Assembly: GCA_964507055.1 (NCBI GenBank)
Contig: CAZDOJ010000001.1
Coordinates: forward strand, 785,313 to 849,312
Direction of reading: 5' to 3'
DNA length: 64,000 nt
Source: an uncultured Gammaproteobacteria bacterium
GTDB taxonomy: Bacteria > Patescibacteriota > Microgenomatia > Levybacterales > UBA12049
Shown piece by piece: positions 19,515-28,107 of the stretch; the stretch's first letter is position 1; each line of letters begins with the position of its first letter. Both the position numbers and the translations under genes were made by a program. The notes beneath the pieces were generated by a model, which did no database searches, was not told the origin of the DNA, and saw only the letters and a program-made list of their open reading frames with translations.

Positions 19515-19754
19515 TTATCTTAATTGTGTATAATAATTTTTTTTAATATTTAAACCAATATAGCCGTTCAATCCAAATCCTTGTATAGCTAGTCGCTTCA
19601 TCGATTCGACATGCATTGTCCCTGGTCTTACATAATTATATAGATATAAGGACCGATCATTAAACTCTACTTTTATATAGTCACTTCCGATTTCAAACGC
19701 TGCAATGTTTGAGTTCCCGTTTAGGTTTTTGTATGGTTGCATATGATGGCGCAA
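19515..19754 (-). CDS. KTSC-domain-like small protein
   Basis: The 'IKVEFNDRSLYLYNYVRPGT' pattern resembles KTSC (PF13619). Confidence 0.4.
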   Translation of the reverse strand: MRHHMQPYKNLNGNSNIAAFEIGSDYIKVEFNDRSLYLYNYVRPGTMHVESMKRLAIQGFGLNGYIGLNIKKNYYTQLR

Positions 19755-19781
19755 CTATAGTTCACTCTAATTAAATTTTTA

Positions 19782-22034
19782 TTAAATATACTTACTCGTC
19801 AACGAATCTTTCGCATTCTTCAGATCTTTGGGAGTTCCCTTAAACATTACTTCTCCACCTTTGTTCCCACCTTCTGGCCCCATGTCGATGATCCAGTCGG
19901 CATTTCTTATTACGTCCAAATTGTGCTCGATCACAATGACAGTATTGCCACTATCTACCAACCGATTCATGATCTCTAGAAGATGAGTGATGTCACTCAT
20001 GTGTAGACCAGTTGTCGGCTCGTCCATCACATAGATACTTCCCTTTTTGTGGAGTTCACTTGCCAATTTAATTCTCTGGCATTCTCCACCAGACAATGTA
20101 TTAAGAGGTTGGCCTAAAGTAAGATAATTCAGTCCAACATCATTCATTGCTCCCAGTTTCTTCACGACTTCTGGAAGATAGAAAAATTCCAAAGCTTCTT
20201 CAACATTCATTGCCAGAACATCCGCAATTGATTTACCATCCAATTTATACGCCAACACTTCATCTTTGAAGCGTTTCCCATTACAAATATCACACGGTGT
20301 TTTGACACCTTCAAGAAATGCTAGGTCTGTGTAGACAACTCCTTGTCCCTGGCAATTCTCACAAGCTCCTTTGGAATTAAAACTAAACAATCCTGGCTGG
20401 ACTTTATTGGCAGCCGCAAATGCTTTTCGAACATCGTCCATAATGCCGGTGTATGTCGCTGGATTGCTTCTCGAATTTGCACCAACTGCAGATTGATCGA
20501 TGGTAATTGCGTGAGGGTGCTGTTTGAGAAAGACTTGATGAATCAAAGAACTCTTTCCTGAACCAGCAACACCAGTAATCGCTGTCAGAACTCCGGTAGG
20601 GATATCGACGCTAATATTCTTTAAATTATTTACTTTGGCATCTTTGATAGAAAGCGAGCCTTTTGCATTACGAAAAGTTTCTTTAATCGGCATCTGCTTA
20701 TTAAGATGCTTCCCTGTCAATGTATCTGACTTAAGCAAACTTTCAAGTGTCCCTTCGTGAACAATCTTTCCACCATGACTTCCTGCTCTTGGTCCTACAT
20801 CGACAATGTGATCGGCAACATGAATGACATCAGGATCATGTTCAACGACAATTACAGTATTTCCTTTGTCCCGGAGCTTTTTCAAAAGATCATTTAGTCT
20901 ATGCACGTCTCGTGGATGTAAACCAACACTCGGTTCGTCAAAGATATACATAACATCAATGAGACTAGAACTAAGATGCTTTACCATTTTTATACGCTGT
21001 GATTCACCGCCGGATAATGTATCTGTTTCGCGATTCAAACTCAGATATCCCAACCCGATATCGACAACATGCTGCAAGCGTTCCTTCAAGGTCTTTACCA
21101 TCGACTCGGCAGTTGGTTCATCAATCTTCTCGACGACTTTAATCAGATCTCCAACTTCCATTGCTGCGAGTTCTGCGATATTGTTTCCATCAATTTTACT
21201 TGCCAAAACCTTTTGATTAAGTCGTGTACCATGACATTCATTACATGGACCATACTGAAGATATGGAGCAACAGTTTTTTGGGTGCGTTCAGAAAGTGTT
21301 TTTAAATCCCTCTTAATGTATGAGCGATTAAGCTTTTCGACAATTCCGAAATAACTGAGATTCATAGTGTTTTGTTCTCCCATTTGAATTTTGAACTTTC
21401 GATCTTTTCCATAGAGCAATAGATCCATTTCTTCCTTTGTATAATCACGAAGCTTTTTATCATTATCAAAAAATCCTGAAGTTTTATAACTTTCTTTTTC
21501 CCATGCTACAAATAATGGAACTTGTATTGCACCTTCATTGAGAGATTTATCCATATCCCAAAATCCCTCAGTATTAAAACCAATCTTTCTGCCCAACCCA
21601 TTACATGCAAGACACATACCCTGTGGATCATTGAAAGAATATGCATTTGAAAAACCAGCAGAAGGTTTGCCAATTCGTGAGAAAAGTAAACGTAAAATCG
21701 TATAGATATCAGTTATCGTTCCCATCGTTGAATGAGAACCGCCACCCATTTTTTTCTGATCGACCATAATTGCCATACTCAAGTTTTCAATTGCATCGGC
21801 TTCTGGTTGAGAATATTTCGGGAGAAAGTTGCGGACGAACATGCTAAAAGTTTCGTATTCTTGCCTTTTTGCTTCTGTCGCTATAGTGTCAAAAACAATT
21901 GAAGATTTACCAGATCCAGAAACACCAGTAAAAATAGTTATTTTTCTTTTGGGGATTTGCAAACTAATATCTTGAAGGTTATTTTCGCGTGCACCCTTAA
22001 TGACAATATATTCTTGGTTCATAGGAGAATTCAA
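19782..22034 (-). CDS. UvrA-like ABC ATPase (short, class-II UvrA paralog lacking the UvrB-binding region)
   Basis: Two ABC cassettes (Walker A 'GVSGSGKSS' and 'GVAGSGKSS', signatures 'LSGGESQR' and 'LSGGECQR') and Zn-finger CxxC pairs. At 750 aa it is far shorter than the ~940-aa canonical UvrA. Confidence 0.8.
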   Translation of the reverse strand: MNSPMNQEYIVIKGARENNLQDISLQIPKRKITIFTGVSGSGKSSIVFDTIATEAKRQEYETFSMFVRNFLPKYSQPEADAIENLSMAIMVDQKKMGGGSHSTMGTITDIYTILRLLFSRIGKPSAGFSNAYSFNDPQGMCLACNGLGRKIGFNTEGFWDMDKSLNEGAIQVPLFVAWEKESYKTSGFFDNDKKLRDYTKEEMDLLLYGKDRKFKIQMGEQNTMNLSYFGIVEKLNRSYIKRDLKTLSERTQKTVAPYLQYGPCNECHGTRLNQKVLASKIDGNNIAELAAMEVGDLIKVVEKIDEPTAESMVKTLKERLQHVVDIGLGYLSLNRETDTLSGGESQRIKMVKHLSSSLIDVMYIFDEPSVGLHPRDVHRLNDLLKKLRDKGNTVIVVEHDPDVIHVADHIVDVGPRAGSHGGKIVHEGTLESLLKSDTLTGKHLNKQMPIKETFRNAKGSLSIKDAKVNNLKNISVDIPTGVLTAITGVAGSGKSSLIHQVFLKQHPHAITIDQSAVGANSRSNPATYTGIMDDVRKAFAAANKVQPGLFSFNSKGACENCQGQGVVYTDLAFLEGVKTPCDICNGKRFKDEVLAYKLDGKSIADVLAMNVEEALEFFYLPEVVKKLGAMNDVGLNYLTLGQPLNTLSGGECQRIKLASELHKKGSIYVMDEPTTGLHMSDITHLLEIMNRLVDSGNTVIVIEHNLDVIRNADWIIDMGPEGGNKGGEVMFKGTPKDLKNAKDSLTSKYI

Positions 22035-22085
22035 TTATAGCATGATTAGATTGCAATTTATTTATGATTAGCCTTTAATTAAATT

Positions 22086-23768
22086 ATGGTCCCAAACAAT
22101 CCTGCACAAACAACTCAGCCAACACAACCCGAACAAGTTCCTCAAACACCAACTACAAGTAGATCAAATCATAAGCTCATTATTGGGATCGTTTTAGGAG
22201 CACTCATCCTTACTGTAATTGCTATTGGTTATTTTTTTGTTGCACGTACAAATGCAGCGACTGTCTCTGGATACATTAATTTCACCGCATTAAAACCAGA
22301 CCCACAAGACCAAGGACAAATAGCGTTAAAATACAGGAAGTACGGAACGACGGAAGAGTATAAAAAGATTGATTCACTACCGCAACTACAAGATACTGCA
22401 CCTTGGACATGGACAGAAGCAGAAAATGGACAACCATATGAAGTTATCGCAGAACTTTCTGTTAATGATAAGTTGATAACGACATCTGAGCCACTAATCG
22501 TTACAGCACCTGCAATCAATCAAGAACTCGCTCTCCGTGTAACATGGCATGATTTACCGGTTGAGGTAGTACAAGAGCAAACAACAGCAATCAAGGGACA
22601 TACTATTATTAATGGCTTGATCCCTGCAAGTAGTCGGCTTTTTATCCAGGCCAAAGCTATGGATGGAACTACATTTGAAACAGTAGCGACAATTAACACA
22701 CCTACGAATGATAATCCTTGGGAATGGAAAGATGTAACTCCACTAAAAGATTATTCACTCAAAGGTATCCTCGTCAGTGGGACAACTGTTATCGGGACTT
22801 CGGACATCATGACTGCGGCGGGAGGAGATAACGAAATTGAATTGATGATAAATTCGATGGCACAACCAGATCCAACTCCAACACAAATTATCCAGCCAAC
22901 GGCAAAACCGACTGCGACACCAACGCCAATTATTGTGACAGCTACTCCTGTTATGACTATTACATCCGTACCAACTGCAACTCCTATTCCTACAGAAATA
23001 CCGACACCAACACCAGTTCCGGCAAAGGGCAAAATCTCAGGCAAGATTTTAATCAACGGACCGAAAGATGCAAATACAAGTGTTGTGCTTTTGTCGAGAA
23101 AGCCCGGACAAGGAGATTTCCAAACACTTACAAAAATTGATTATCCAAAACAAGATGGACAAAATTGGGAATGGGATGATGCTACTGTAGGAACTAATTA
23201 TGAAATTATGGCAGAGTTACAGGTGAATAATAATACAACCGCTACTGCAAGATCGCAAGTAGTCGCTGGCCCTGCTAAAAATGTAGACTTCATCTTGAAT
23301 ACAGGAGTTACTGTGCCGACAACAAACGAGACGCCTTCATTGGCAGCATGTACAAATAATCATGACAATCAATGGGATGCCACAATACAATTTCCAAATG
23401 TAAATAATGCAGGAAATTATTGGTTCAAAGTTGGCACAAATCCGAGTTCTGCTGATACATTTAATTCAAAGCAACGGCCACAAACAAATACCGATAAACA
23501 AAATGTGACAATTCGTGTTGATAGTAAAAATCCTTATTTTGCTCAATATGCATTCTCTATTTGTATCAATTGCTCAAGCGATAAGAACTTTTCTAACTTC
23601 TCACATACAGTTCAATTTACATGTGGTGAAGATGGGCCTCCTGCACCGACACAGACTCCATTTCCAACGGCTATACCAACGACAACACCAGTTCCGACAA
23701 AAAAGCCAACATCTACACCTATTCCAATCTTAACAGTGCCTGTTGAGCTGAAACCAAGTCCTCGGTAG
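22086..23768 (+). CDS. Secreted repeat protein with PT linkers and three internal '(P/N/Q)W(T/E)W' modules
   Basis: Signal anchor. Repeated ~110-aa units each contain 'WEW', 'YE(V/I)(I/M)AEL' and 'VN'. Pro/Thr linkers. Confidence 0.55.
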   Translation: MVPNNPAQTTQPTQPEQVPQTPTTSRSNHKLIIGIVLGALILTVIAIGYFFVARTNAATVSGYINFTALKPDPQDQGQIALKYRKYGTTEEYKKIDSLPQLQDTAPWTWTEAENGQPYEVIAELSVNDKLITTSEPLIVTAPAINQELALRVTWHDLPVEVVQEQTTAIKGHTIINGLIPASSRLFIQAKAMDGTTFETVATINTPTNDNPWEWKDVTPLKDYSLKGILVSGTTVIGTSDIMTAAGGDNEIELMINSMAQPDPTPTQIIQPTAKPTATPTPIIVTATPVMTITSVPTATPIPTEIPTPTPVPAKGKISGKILINGPKDANTSVVLLSRKPGQGDFQTLTKIDYPKQDGQNWEWDDATVGTNYEIMAELQVNNNTTATARSQVVAGPAKNVDFILNTGVTVPTTNETPSLAACTNNHDNQWDATIQFPNVNNAGNYWFKVGTNPSSADTFNSKQRPQTNTDKQNVTIRVDSKNPYFAQYAFSICINCSSDKNFSNFSHTVQFTCGEDGPPAPTQTPFPTAIPTTTPVPTKKPTSTPIPILTVPVELKPSPR

Positions 23769-23776
23769 TGGAAAAC

Positions 23777-24133
23777 TTATTTTGGGGTATTTTCTTTTTG
23801 CCAAGGCCAGCGACCTTCAATCTCCATATCAAAGGTAATACTCAGGAAAGATCGAATCACGACAAGTACAGCAAGCACACCAACACTAGTAAAACTTGGC
23901 TCACCTGTGACAGAACGGATAATATCACCAGCTACAAGAAATTCTAAACCAAGCAAAATACATCGCCCAAGATTCTTGCGGAAGGACTTATAGAGAAAAG
24001 CATAGGATTTACCATCAAAAAATTCGATTCCGACAAGAATGATTGATGCAACCACGCCAAAAATAATGACAAAAACGCCAAATAAGTCCAATATTTCCCC
24101 TGCTGTTTGTGCTAAAGCTAGTGGATCAAACAT
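23777..24133 (-). CDS. DUF1622 family membrane protein
   Basis: Resembles the DUF1622 family ('GDIIRS' block between two TM helices). Confidence 0.55.
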   Translation of the reverse strand: MFDPLALAQTAGEILDLFGVFVIIFGVVASIILVGIEFFDGKSYAFLYKSFRKNLGRCILLGLEFLVAGDIIRSVTGEPSFTSVGVLAVLVVIRSFLSITFDMEIEGRWPWQKENTPK

Positions 24134-24244
24134 AATTTATCCTCTCTCTTAAGAGTGACAAAGAACAGCAGTTTTGTCAACGGAAAATCTCTTTATTAAT
24201 TTTGATTTTCTAAAAATTATGCTATACTTACTATACTCCAAAGG

Positions 24245-24390
24245 GGAGTAACTGACGGTCTTTTGACCGGAGATAGGGTCAACATCACGAACACTGGTCC
24301 TATCAGCTAATCCATTTAGCTCCAGCCAGACCTTTGGCCTATTTTCGCATACGCGAAAAATATGAGGCCGAAGGTTTTTTTGTTTTTATC
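24245..24390 (+). ncRNA. Candidate structured RNA or cis-regulatory leader ending in an intrinsic-terminator-like nested hairpin; identity unknown
   Basis: Hairpins cggtc-tttt-gaccg, gctaa-tccat-ttagc and ttttcgc-atac-gcgaaaa nested inside a 10-bp stem cctttggcct/aggccgaagg (24330-24373), followed by TTTTTTTGTTTTT. A TTGATT ... TATACT promoter-like element lies upstream at about 24211-24237. Confidence 0.25.
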
Positions 24391-24432
24391 CCCACGCCTC
24401 ATTATGTAATCCAAAAAAACTTCTGAAAGGAG

Positions 24433-24693
24433 GTGATATATATGAAATGTCCAGTAGACGGAACAGAATTGAAAATGTCTGATCGCGAAGGAGTCGAAAT
24501 AGACTACTGTCCAAAATGTCGCGGTGTTTGGTTGGATCGTGGAGAACTCGATAAAATAATCGAACGATCCGAAGGAGCACAATCAGATAATCAAGATGAA
24601 AATTCTCGTGACAGAAGAAATCGTAATGACGATGACGAAGAAGGAGGATTTTTAGGTAATATCTTTGGAGGCTTCGGCCGAAATAACGATTAA
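24433..24693 (+). CDS. Zinc-ribbon (zf-TFIIB-like CPxCG) domain protein with an acidic, disordered C-terminus
   Basis: 'CPVDGTEL...CPKCRGVWLD' four-Cys ribbon. Strong ribosome binding site AAAGGAGGTGA. Confidence 0.6.
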   Translation: MIYMKCPVDGTELKMSDREGVEIDYCPKCRGVWLDRGELDKIIERSEGAQSDNQDENSRDRRNRNDDDEEGGFLGNIFGGFGRNND

Positions 24694-24708
24694 TAAAGGA
24701 TCCTTTAT

Positions 24709-24745
24709 ATCCGGTGCTGGTACAGTATTGTTATCGGCACCGGAT
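24709..24745. terminator. Hairpin between convergent genes (possible bidirectional terminator)
   Basis: atccggtgc ... gcaccggat is a 9-bp stem with a 19-nt loop. The U-tracts are weak. Confidence 0.3.
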
Positions 24746-24747
24746 CG

Positions 24748-25095
24748 TTATTTCCAACGATTCTTTACATCATCCAATGAAGATACAAATAAGTAATCTC
24801 CATGCTTATTACTTTCATAGATAAATGCTTTTAAACTTTCACTTGAAAACTTCGAGAAATCTCCGAGGATAGCCAAACGGACATGATAATTGCTAAATTT
24901 CTGTAGCACATCTCCTAATTTTTTAGTACTTAAATCAAAGAAATCTTTTTCAAAATTATGTTCTCGAAGAACGATGAAGTCCGAAGGAGCATTTGCCATG
25001 ATATCGATTGCGTCATCTGTATTTCTAATTAGGATATCATTGGAAACAATTTCACTAATTTGAATCGTATGCCAATGAATTACTTTGGTATCCAT
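24748..25095 (-). CDS. DUF4180-like small protein, last gene of the prenyl/cyclase unit
   Basis: 115 aa. The 'LQKFSNYHVRLAILGDFSKFSSESLKAFIYESN' block resembles DUF4180. Confidence 0.4.
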   Translation of the reverse strand: MDTKVIHWHTIQISEIVSNDILIRNTDDAIDIMANAPSDFIVLREHNFEKDFFDLSTKKLGDVLQKFSNYHVRLAILGDFSKFSSESLKAFIYESNKHGDYLFVSSLDDVKNRWK

Positions 25096-25144
25096 AAATA
25101 AAGTGTAACATATCTAGCTCTTTCATAAATACTGTACTCGTATA

Positions 25145-26164
25145 TCACTTTTTTCGATTCACCATTTTTTGCAAGAATTCTTGGAGTAACTCTCTCATTT
25201 GAGGATCTTGTGTAAGCGTTGGAATGATTTCCTCTGCAACTTCAATGATATTAGTAGACCATTTTTGAGAATAATTAAGGGCACCTGTTGCTATAAATAT
25301 CGCTCTCACTTTTTCAGATTCCAAATGGCGGATTGAACTACTTCCGTAATACTTATTAAGTATCTTTAATTCATCTTTGGTCGCGTTTCTTGCAGCGTAA
25401 CTTATTAAGAGAGTATTCTTTCCTTCTTTTATATCTGAATTCACAGATTTACCTGTAACTCTCTCATCACCAAAAATACCAATAATATCGTCCTGGATTT
25501 GAAATGCTATTCCAAGCTGTGTACCAAAATTTTCTATACAGGATAGTTGCTTTAAATCAGCACCACCAAGTATTGCACCCACACAAAGAGGAGCTACAAA
25601 ACTATATGTCGCTGTTTTTAGTTCATACATTTTCAAGATATGTTCTTCACTCTTTACCGATACTTTGGATAGTTCAATATCAAGCAACTGTCCGACTATC
25701 GTCTGCTGAATTTTGTTGCAATAAAAATCGATTGCTTTCTGTTTTTGATCAACATTGAAATTGGTATTATTTATGATTTGAGCCGACCAAACAAGACCAA
25801 GATCTCCAAAACAGAGAGCCAGAGATTCACCTTTTTTATCGTTACCAAGAGCAACATGCAAACTTGGTCTTCCCCTTCGTGACCTACCTTGATCAATAAT
25901 GTCGTCATGAATAAGAAGAGCCGAATGAACAACTTCGAAAGCACTTGCAATCTCAAGGATCTGATCATCAACCTTTTTTCCAGCTAGCATATAACCTAAA
26001 CACACTAACATCCCTCTGATCATTTTTCCACCAAATAAACTCTCTGAATAATGGTTATATTGTTTTTCTAAATAATTAATTCGGGGATTTTTTTGTGCAA
26101 CTTGTAGCTGAAGCTTTTGCGTTATTTCTTGACTAATTTGTTGATTAAATTCTTTATAATTCAT
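25145..26164 (-). CDS. Polyprenyl diphosphate synthase (trans-isoprenyl diphosphate synthase; FPP/GGPP synthase-like)
   Basis: First Asp-rich motif 'LIHDDIID', second 'FQIQDDIIG', plus the 'GGKMIRG' and 'RRGRPS' substrate-binding blocks. Confidence 0.85.
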   Translation of the reverse strand: MNYKEFNQQISQEITQKLQLQVAQKNPRINYLEKQYNHYSESLFGGKMIRGMLVCLGYMLAGKKVDDQILEIASAFEVVHSALLIHDDIIDQGRSRRGRPSLHVALGNDKKGESLALCFGDLGLVWSAQIINNTNFNVDQKQKAIDFYCNKIQQTIVGQLLDIELSKVSVKSEEHILKMYELKTATYSFVAPLCVGAILGGADLKQLSCIENFGTQLGIAFQIQDDIIGIFGDERVTGKSVNSDIKEGKNTLLISYAARNATKDELKILNKYYGSSSIRHLESEKVRAIFIATGALNYSQKWSTNIIEVAEEIIPTLTQDPQMRELLQEFLQKMVNRKK

Positions 26165-26167
26165 AAT

Positions 26168-28066
26168 TTACTGATTAGTTATATAAGTATTGAGAAATGA
26201 AAGGGCTCGTTGTTTCTCTTTTCTTGCCGTTATAACAGCATGTTCTTGCTCGTCTATAAATTGCTCTAATATCTCTTTATTTGTAACTATGTCTATGCTG
26301 GAAAGAGCAAGACGTGCTTGATATACATGAAGTTCTATTAAGTCACACACGTCTTCAATTGTTTCATTCCAAAATGTCTGTTGCAGATTTGTAGTCGTCC
26401 TCTGTAGAAGTAATGCTGCAACACTATTTATATGTCCTTTTTTTAGATCACTCTCCCAATCATGTGCATCATCATTTATTTGTCGAGCAATTAAGTAATG
26501 TGAGAAAAAATTAAAGAGAGATGCAACATCATTTGCATACTGATTTTTATTACTTAAAAGTATCAAGGCGACACATCCCAATGCATGTCCCATTGAGCGA
26601 TCGGCGAGAACTTGATATGAGCCATAATTAGGTAAAGAAAGCGAGGATAAGTTCGTCGCAGAATTAAAACGACAATGAGTCACTTCCCATGTGTTTACTT
26701 CTTCCAATCGATCCATAACCGACTGAAAAACTTTTTGAAAGCCAATCTCTTCCTTCAAAATGGAATTAAAAATAATTGTTAATTCTCGAAGACAAATATT
26801 TGCAAGTGGTAAAGATGGGATGTCCGGCTCATTATCAAGAAAGTCATCATAAATTGTATATGCAATCCATCCATAAAGACTTGCTGCCCCAAGTTGTACG
26901 AGAATATTCTTCGAAATTTCTTTCTTATCACTTAAAGATTGATAAAAATAATATGGAAGGAGTGTAATTTGCATCATACGATCTTTCTTCAGTGCTTTTT
27001 CAAGATAACTTAAGCCCCGCTTTTGTAGATTTGGTCCAAGTAACAATATTCTTTTTTTAACAATAGATACAACCTGGTTATGTATGGCATTCTTTTTTTT
27101 ATTTTGATGTACTACTATATTTTCTTTTATTTTTTTGTTGTAAAGAGCATATGCTTCCAAGCAGAATGCTGTTGTTAAAGCTTCCGAACCGGCGACATAT
27201 ACTTTATCTTTTTGAGGGTTAACGCCAGTATAAAATGCTGCTGCGGGCCAACTCCCATCAATCCGCTGTAGCATAACAAGCTCCGCTATCAAACGAGAGA
27301 CCGTACTTGATGATGCACCAAGATTGAGAAGAGAAATAGTTTTTAGAGCAATATCTAAAGATGTTACGGCAGACATTTGTAAAACAATTTTTTGAAGTTT
27401 TTTCCTCGATGAACCTTTTAATACTCGGGAAAGGAAATAAAATGTAGCAAAATGATTCGGATAATATGGTGTTGTAAATATTTTATTATTAATAATTTCA
27501 GTAAATAATTTTGATAACTTTGGCAATTTTATATCTTGCATTTGAAGGAAAAAAGCAATATTAGCATTCACACATACATCCACATCTTTCCATATACCTG
27601 GAGCAGTATTGCTTACTAACCATGTTTTGTACGGACCTCCCTCTTGAGTTTCTACCAATGTCAGAATTTTCACTATATGTGCCAATGCCTCACCAGTAAT
27701 TAGCTTCTGATCAAAAAGATATAAAGCTGAGAGTGTACAGAAAGTATCATCCAAATCGTCAGGATACGCCATTGTTTTAGCTTCTGGGGATTGCCTATCC
27801 CAATAATTCCAGGTCCATGAAGAGCTTTTTTGAGAAAGTAAGAATTTAACAGAACTTTTTATAATGCCATCGGTATTTTTTGAATGCGTTAGATTTGTTA
27901 AGGACTGCATAATGAGAGCCGTTGAGAAGATGGTTTTATATTGTATCCTGCTTTTAAAATTAGTATCCGGAGATGAAAAGCTCGTAAAGCATCCATTTTT
28001 GTCTTGAACTTTTTGTAAATATGTAATTCCTCGTTCTGACGATTTTTGTAAGGAAATCTCAAGCAT
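26168..28066 (-). CDS. Two-domain terpene-cyclase-like protein: N-terminal alpha/alpha-toroid (prenyltransferase/squalene-oxidase repeat) domain with a class-II-like 'DLDDTF' motif, C-terminal domain with a class-I-like 'DDFLD' motif
   Basis: 'PDDLDDTFCTLSALYL' parallels the SHC/CPS 'DxDDTA' catalytic motif. The QW-like repeats are 'GITYLQKVQDKNGCF' and 'LQRIDGSWPAAAFY'. The C-terminal 'IYDDFLDN' and 'NDDAHDWESD' are Asp-rich. Confidence 0.5.
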   Translation of the reverse strand: MLEISLQKSSERGITYLQKVQDKNGCFTSFSSPDTNFKSRIQYKTIFSTALIMQSLTNLTHSKNTDGIIKSSVKFLLSQKSSSWTWNYWDRQSPEAKTMAYPDDLDDTFCTLSALYLFDQKLITGEALAHIVKILTLVETQEGGPYKTWLVSNTAPGIWKDVDVCVNANIAFFLQMQDIKLPKLSKLFTEIINNKIFTTPYYPNHFATFYFLSRVLKGSSRKKLQKIVLQMSAVTSLDIALKTISLLNLGASSSTVSRLIAELVMLQRIDGSWPAAAFYTGVNPQKDKVYVAGSEALTTAFCLEAYALYNKKIKENIVVHQNKKKNAIHNQVVSIVKKRILLLGPNLQKRGLSYLEKALKKDRMMQITLLPYYFYQSLSDKKEISKNILVQLGAASLYGWIAYTIYDDFLDNEPDIPSLPLANICLRELTIIFNSILKEEIGFQKVFQSVMDRLEEVNTWEVTHCRFNSATNLSSLSLPNYGSYQVLADRSMGHALGCVALILLSNKNQYANDVASLFNFFSHYLIARQINDDAHDWESDLKKGHINSVAALLLQRTTTNLQQTFWNETIEDVCDLIELHVYQARLALSSIDIVTNKEILEQFIDEQEHAVITARKEKQRALSFLNTYITNQ

Positions 28067-28085
28067 TAGAGAAAGGGTAGTTTGA

Positions 28086-28107
28086 AAAGATTAAAAAAAT
28101 ATTAAAT
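28086..28107 (-). promoter_or_regulatory. 22-bp element AAAGATTAAAAAAATATTAAAT (copy 1), about 20 nt upstream of the terpene-cyclase-like gene start
   Basis: Exact repeat of 30381-30402, in the same position relative to a minus-strand start codon. Candidate shared promoter or operator. Confidence 0.45.

Noticed and set aside
24245-24390. Assignment of the structured element to SRP RNA, 6S RNA, tmRNA or a known riboswitch class
   Set aside because: No recognisable consensus was seen by eye (for example the SRP domain-IV GGAA/AGGA motifs, or the fluoride/ZTP cores). It is left as an unclassified candidate.
24316-24582. Minus-strand ORFs (88 aa and 64 aa) overlapping the candidate RNA and the zinc-ribbon gene
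   Set aside because: They are antisense to a gene with a strong ribosome binding site and to a structured, terminator-containing region. Their composition is non-coding-like.
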